Origin: Catajapyx aquilonaris | Lineage: Eukaryota | Assembly (NCBI GenBank): GCA_000934665.2 | Contig: KZ537988.1 | Span: 62,001 to 126,000 of the forward strand | Reading direction: 5' to 3' | DNA length: 64,000 bases | In this document: positions 53,540 through 64,000 of the stretch, one piece after another | Position numbering within the stretch: the stretch's first letter is position 1 | How the letters are laid out: each line of letters begins with the position of its first letter | Notes under the pieces: generated by a model | The model's input: the letters and a program-made list of their open reading frames with translations, nothing else | Told to the model about the DNA's origin: nothing | Databases searched by the model: none | Made by a program: the position numbers and the translations under genes

Positions 53540-55670
53540 ATGTTCTCCGCACTCAAACGACTGACGGGGAAGGGGGATGTTACCTCCCCGACCTCCTCGT
53601 CAAGCACTCCTCCAGGACTGCACACCATGGCCCAAAGCCTCCAGAGAAAGTTTGCCAAGGGAGTCCAGTACAACAGTGAGTATGCCGTGCTCAAGGAAAC
53701 ACATAGCGAGAGTGACCACTTGCATTTCCTTTTCAGTGAAGATAATAATAAAGGGGGACCGTAATGTGGGTAAGACTGCCCTCTTCCGGCGCCTGCAAGG
53801 CCAGCGCTTTCTGGAGGACTATCACCCGACGGAGGAGATCCAGGTGACCAGCATCCAGTGGAGCTACAAAGCCACTGACGACGTGGTTAAGGTGGAGGTT
53901 TGGGACATTGTTGACAGGGGGAAGAAGAAGCGTCCGTTGGAGGGGCTGAAGCTGGACAACGCCAGAAAGGCAGAGCAGCAACTGATGACAGAGGAGCCAG
54001 CCCTGGATGCTGAATTTCTTGATGTTTACAAGGCCACCAATGGGGTCATCATGATGCTGGATGTGACCAAGAACTGGACCTTCGAGTATGTTCGGAGGGA
54101 GCTTCCCAAGGTGCCACCACACATTCCTGTCCTAGTGCTGTCCAATCACAGGGACATGGGGCATCATCGATGTGTCACTGAAGATGATGTAACCTACTTT
54201 ATAGATGCCCTTGAAAGGTTAGTTGACCTTAACCAATTTTGCCTTGTAATCTCGTGACAACCTCTCCTCTCCATTCAGGCCTTCCGGTGCAGCAAATGTG
54301 ATGTATGCAGAGTCTTCAATGCGCAATGGCTTTGGCCTCAAGTTCCTGCACAAGTTCTTCAACCTTCCATTTCTCCAGCTTCAACGAGAGACTCTCCTGC
54401 AACAACTTGAAACTAACTCAAGGGAGACAAAGCTGACGCTAGATGAACTTGAGGTGTATCGTGAAAGTGATGATGCCAATTATGACACCTTCATAGATCA
54501 GTTGTCAAGTCGGCGGCGGCAGGTGGCAGAGTCCCTCAGCCCTCCACCAGTGCCTGTGTTACCAGTCGAAGGATCACCAGTGACGTCACCGTTGCCAACA
54601 TCAAAGAGCTTATACTCATTACCACAAGCAAGTGGAGCACCAATGAGGAAAAGTGCCAGTGTTGCAGCTGTTGCACCACCTGAAGAGGAACCTGTCACCA
54701 ATGGGACAGAACGTCGAGATTCGTCGGAACGTCCGTCATTTTTGTCGCAAATATTTGGACGCAACAGCAATGTAAAGGAAGCGATCCCTGAACCATTGCC
54801 AGTGCCAGTGCCAACAGGTGATGATGCACTGGCAAGTGTTGATGCACTGGCAAGTGTTGATGACTTTGTGGCTGATGGTGGTGAGATTGACCGTTCATTC
54901 CTTGACGACGCTCCTGTTGCTAAGACATTGGAGGCAAAACCAGACTCAGATTCAGAGGAAGACTCAGGAAACCCTCTTGTGGCCCGCTTCCAAGATGAAC
55001 TTGACCCTGACGATGTTGTCTCTGGAGGCAACATCCCTCGCAACATCCCTACAGTTACCACCTCAGACTCGGACGATGAGCCAACCCATATCCAGACGAC
55101 AGTTAGGATTGAGCCACGTCCAGTGGACCTGTCCCTCTCTGAGGATGAGGCACCAGTCGAGAAGCCGAGAGGACTGCAGGTGGTGAGAACAGAAGACGGG
55201 CAAGAAGAGGTAGCCTATACATATGCACCTCAGGTCAAAGTGTTCACTGTAGATGATGAGGATGATGGTGGAGGGCAGCGGCAGCTACTTAGCAGGAGCA
55301 GAGGGAGCTCAAGGAGTGCAAGTCCAGGCGAGGTGGAGGCCAGGAAGCTGGAAAAGGGGAAGCATAAGGTTGGTGAACTAATGAACTTGCTGGGATCACC
55401 GAGTTATTTTGATGGCCTGGCACTTTCAGCAGTTGCAATGTGATTAATGGATGTGATATCATATTACAGGCAGAGGAGAAATCAAGCAAGAAGCACAAGA
55501 AGAAGGGCAAGGAGAAGGGTCGAGAGAAGTTGGCAGATGGGAGCACAAAGCAGCGTAAGAGGAAGTCCAGCAACTCGAAGACGAAGGGGACAATGGAAAG
55601 GGATGAGCTGGAAGAATTCCTCAATGGGCCAACCTCAGTTCCTGTTGACTCGGCTTATGAGGCAATCTGA
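53540..55670 (+). CDS. RABL6: Rab-like protein 6 (PARF/RBEL1), ~635 aa; exons 53540-53675, 53737-54217, 54279-55368, 55470-55670
   Basis: [80 protein letters not shown], and a Lys-rich C-terminus ending ELEEFL...YEAI. Confidence 0.95.
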
Positions 55671-58600
55671 AAAGAAAGAGGCCGAACAGATGCAGTACTA
55701 AATTGCCTTGAAGTAACTCTCATGAAAAAGATCCCCATTCTCGAGGCTTCCGTCAAAAAAATCTCAGTTCCCTTTGACAGATCTTCCACTGATGGGGGGG
55801 TAGGAGGGGAAAGAAATGTAGGATTCCAAACCAAGATTATTCCTTTTTTAAATGTGCATGTATCGTACCAGAGTCACTAGCAACACCATAGATGCTAGTC
55901 ATTCTGGAGTGACACGTTTTATACTTCATTGTTGAGTGTGAAACTCAAATAGTTTTAAACCAGAACTGGTTTATTCTGAACTTTCCGGTGCAGGAGAAAT
56001 AATGGATTGATTGATTGGCTTTGCTTCTCTTTTATTATGATTTTTTTTATAAAATACCACGTGGGTTTCCCAACCTACAACATACCAGTAACTGAAACTT
56101 GGATTTTTGTTTTGAAGCTTAAATTTTTATTCTACCAACTACATCCTCATTGAAGGTTTTTAATATTGTTCTTGTGGTGGGAAAGTCGATGGAAGTTTCT
56201 ACCAATAAATGGGGAGAAGTAGAAGTTTTTGCAGTTAATGTTTCCTTTCAAAATATAACTGTTAGCGGTAAACCTGCTACAATAATCCTCTACCAATTTA
56301 CAACTATTTGTAAACGTGGTCCTATTTTTATTGTTGATAATTTTATGCTTTGTATTTTTTGGCCAGATCTGATATGCACACACGTAGCTTGTAAACGTAA
56401 GAAGGTCATCAATATTAAGCTGATAATGACAGTTTCAGCTGAATAAAAATAAATGAAACCATCATCAGTGTTGGGCCCAGTTATTACTTTTTTTTAAACT
56501 CTCCCTCCCCATGTATGCTTTTTAAAACTTCCTAAGGCCACAATGACCCCCACTCCCCTTTCCTCAACAATGCCACTCAGTTTGGTAATGGATAATTATA
56601 AACACCAATCAAAAAGTTCCACCAAAATACCATGTCTTACAGTACATACAGCATTGCAGAAAATTTGTCTTGTACATGCCTTGATTATGTCCAACCGTTT
56701 TATTTTCACCGTTGTTTTGTATGGTCAGGGTTAGCTCTCCGCTACTAACCTTAAAAACTACAATAATCTGAACAACAATGGGCAACAATAGATTCCAGGT
56801 AATTGGAAAAAAAATTACAAGCCAAAAGGAAGTGACTCGACAGCCTATTTGGAAGTGACGAAATTAAGCTTCTGTTTCTCACTTTTGTACACACTAAAAA
56901 CATTCTACTGGTTATTTGCACTGGGAAAAAAACATACGTCCTCTGAATTAGGAATGTACATGTATCTAACAACAACAAGAACATCCATTCGTAACTAAAA
57001 CCAACGTTTAATTTTCCGGACCCCAAGAAAGCATAATCGTGTCCTAATATTGTAGCCACCCCTTCCAGCATGTGGTAACATGTCTCCCTGAATGTTATTT
57101 TCTTGCATGTGCGTGTTGTATACAAGGCTTCTGTTAAGAAACGCAACATTTTGTCAGTTGGTGTGTGGTTTGGTCGCATCATACAGGTCAGTTAGATGAA
57201 TCCTTGGAGAGAAGGCTGAAACTCGTATACTTTAGGTGACATAAGTCATGACCTGAAATAATGTGGTACTATCCTGTTGCATTTCTTAACATGCCATGTT
57301 GTGTGTCTGAGAGAGTGTATGTAAATTTATATGTCTATACATACATATACATTATAATATAAAACCCGCAGGCATGTCTCGATAAAAAGTACATCCCCAT
57401 CTCTTCAATGTACAATATGTCTACAATCATTTAAACAATGTGATTTTTTACACCTCACCTTTTAAATCCCATTTGCCATCACCAAAAAAAAAAATAATTG
57501 ACATATGACTAGTACCAATCAAAGGGGGAGAAAATGTTTTAATGCAAACACGCATCCACAACATACACACACCCATCCACATGTGGCTCCATTATAAAAC
57601 AAAGGTAACTGACTCACTCCTTGTCAATAATCACAGAAAGAACCTCATGCAGTCTCTCGTTTTTTTTTTCTTCTTCGGAGCAGCTTTTAATAATTAAATC
57701 TGTAATATTGCACCCACATCAAAAAGCCACTATATCACGACTATACCAGAAAAAAAGTGCACAAAATGCCTGGTCAACAAGAAACAACAGGCCTTTCTGA
57801 ACACCACACATGAAATTTGTTTCGATTCCTGATGCTAACTGCAAGAAGGAAAAATGTTCCAGAAACTCCCTCTTCTTGAGCCACCATTCCAAATATTTCT
57901 TCTTCTATTTTTGCTTACATCACGGACCAAGTTTAGAAAAGTGAATAAAATAATCGGCCATGTTTATCTGGCTTCTCAGAAAAATATAACGCAAATAACA
58001 GCATGGATACTTTATATTTTTCATATGTTTCTCTCTTTTTTCTTACACCACACCTGTATGAAGCATGCAAATAAATACGTTGCTAATTTACTGGGCCTAT
58101 TGTGTCCAATGCTTTTTTGAAGGATGCTTCAAGGTTGCCGCCACACTTCATTGTGATGCAAATCCTCACGCACTGTTGCCAGAGTTTTCACTGACTGGAA
58201 AACTCCCAACAGTTGTTATACAGCATATGTTTCTGTGCCAGCTACTGATATCCGGAGAAGGACAGCATAATAGCACCGGAAAGACTTTTTCCTTGCTAAT
58301 ATGTACACTGCTGTTATACAAAAATTAAGTGCCTAATGCAATCCAGCTCTTGATATCAGCAGTTTCAAATGGGTGCAACTTATTTAGTTCACACTGACCC
58401 ATCCATCACTCCATCCAAAGCAATACCTATAGAGACCACAACACGTTACAAGGAGTTGGCCGTAAAAGCGCTACTACCTTTCCATATCATCAAATAGTGT
58501 CTGCCCGAAATCACATGCGCAGAAAGATTTGGTCCTGTGAGCTGTAGACTCATCTTTTACTGGTTGACAGCTATCTGACAGTTGTATTGCCTTACACACA

Positions 58601-58824
58601 CTCCAATAAAAGGTCTACATTGGGGTACCTAAGAATGCATTTGTGAAGATTAGTGTGTGCAAATGCATCCTCATGGCACTCATGGGAATAATTATTATCT
58701 GACCTCACTGACCTGGACATCTTTCCTGATTTTCACCAGCAATGCTGGTTCACTCAGAATAAAACCCTATCTTTGGAAGTGAAATCAGTGTGAAACATAC
58801 TACCCGGCCCCACCTTAATGTGAC

Positions 58825-62213
<3,389 letters not shown>

Positions 62214-64000
62214 GGCTGCTTCTGGAGTTCTTTTGTGCAAAAGGGAAGACTACCAGGGCAGCAGCATTCTCACTACCAGCTGATGACACCGCCTGGTGCC
62301 ACTTGCGTCATCACCTATGGTGAAAACAAAATGCCATTACTATCATGTTAACAGCACAACTGCATTTTAGCAACATAGGAATTGGTGAACCGCAACTGCC
62401 CAAGATAAAAGTACTACTCTCGCTTAGTTGCATCCAACATTTCCTTTCAATTACTGACAAGAAGGCAGCTGAACTGAATTATTTATTGCTAGGTCGACAC
62501 TATTACTTGGGCAACGGGAAGGAAAAACACAGAATGTTCCAGTTTTACTTAAAGGCATGAAAGTGAACAATAACCACACCCCACAATAACAATAATTACT
62601 TAATATAATAAAATGATCTAACAGTATAACGCTGCCAATGTCATGCCTATCCTTTGCTAGCATCAACAGGAGCAATACAGGAGACAGAAAATACTGTCAC
62701 CTTGAGATAACAAAAGTCTTCCTCCCGTCTGACATGCTAGCTTGGATTGGGAAATGATACCTTTATTAGTGTAGGAACTGAATAGCAAGTGGGGCACAGG
62801 CATTGGTCATTCAAGGCCTTCTATCTGATCAGATTCATTTGCAATGCGTATGCAGAGGAACCACAGGTTAATGCAGTCAGAAACAAGCACGACAGTTGTC
62901 TGGAACCTTCCCCCTATGATTTTTCCGAAGTGTACAAATGTGCTACCTTATTTTGGTTCAAAACATCGGGCCACGTCTCAGTAATAGCACACTACAAACA
63001 CTGACACAAGCATGTACACTGAAGCAGGGTCCAGGGGATGCACAGACTAAGGTAATCCTATTTTTTGACTAGGTTATGCAATATGTCCCTTGACACACAG
63101 AACCTTATGCATCAAACGGAAGCAGACCTTCTTCAATACCCAGCACTTCCTCTTACCATACATTAGAGGCACATATACTCTAAGTTGGCCTGCCCTGTAA
63201 AAAAGTACGAGTTTAAAACGAGGCCTTAAAATTCCACACACCACAACTGCTTGCACATTTGCCTGGTAATAATCTGGCCAGACGTGTGCAATTCAGTTGT
63301 CTTATTACTGGGAAGTTTGGCTTCTAACAGTATCAGTTGTATAGAAAGAGCTGTACAATGTTGGCCTTGTTCCTCCATTGGTTATTATCATTCAAATGAA
63401 CTGCCGAGATTTGCTATTCTCAGTCACGGTAGCTGACAGTAAACCTGCCTCACCATGAAGTTTTCATACATCTGCACAGACTTCTCTAGATGGACACTAA
63501 GGACAGAACTTGTCAACTTGTGTGTCAATCAGGGCAAAAAATTTATGCAAGATTAAATCAGAGCCCGATAAGAACTGAATGTATTTTGTACATTCTTGTA
63601 AAGGCCTGGAATCACAAAACTTGGGCTAGGAGAATGGCAGTGATGTGCAGTGGGGGTAAGTGCGCACTCCCTTACGTCCAATTCAAATTGGCTGGCTGAG
63701 GAACACCAACTAGATGCATGAGCATCCGCGATGTTTCCACTGATATGAATGTAAGTTTAATTACGAAACAAAACCACTGGATCTTCCCCTTTCCATGTGC
63801 ACCCATAAGTTTCTGTTAATGGAAGTTTTGTTACATTATTCCAAACTGATGTCCGACCTGAGCCTACTTAAATTTCATTGTAATTCAAATTGTTGCCTTA
63901 GTTGATGCAATAAATTATTAGCACAGTTGCCTCTAGGTGGTACTAGTGTGGTACGCAGTTGCAGCTGATTGCTCAGGATTGCAATGAATGTGGCATAAAA

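Noticed and set aside
54498..55061. 187-aa antisense ORF within RABL6
   Set aside because: Shadow frame of a coding exon with no independent features.

Overview
Eukaryotic (intron-containing) invertebrate DNA, probably arthropod. The left end holds the first two coding exons of extradenticle/Pbx (minus strand, gene runs off the window), followed by a CpG-rich ~23 kb upstream region with no recognisable gene. The right half is a compact, CpG-depleted cluster of seven complete genes in strictly alternating orientation: FAM20B(-), CACYBP(+), AGPAT1/2(-), CUTA(+), AP3M(-), RABL6(+), Su(dx)/ITCH-WWP(-). All exon structures were reconstructed by hand from GT-AG sites and reading-frame phase. Introns carry hAT, Harbinger and mariner elements plus two tRNA-derived SINE families. 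Main highlights: (1) six of the eight genes have human orthologues in the MHC paralogons (1q23-25, 6p21.3, 9q33-34, 19p13), suggesting a proto-MHC microsyntenic block; (2) a stack of four insertions inside one hAT element, including a tailless tRNA-half insertion; (3) a SINE with a V-domain-like core; (4) a sharp CpG boundary with a CTCF-like site. No CRISPR, rRNA or intact tRNA was found, and no clearly new protein family.
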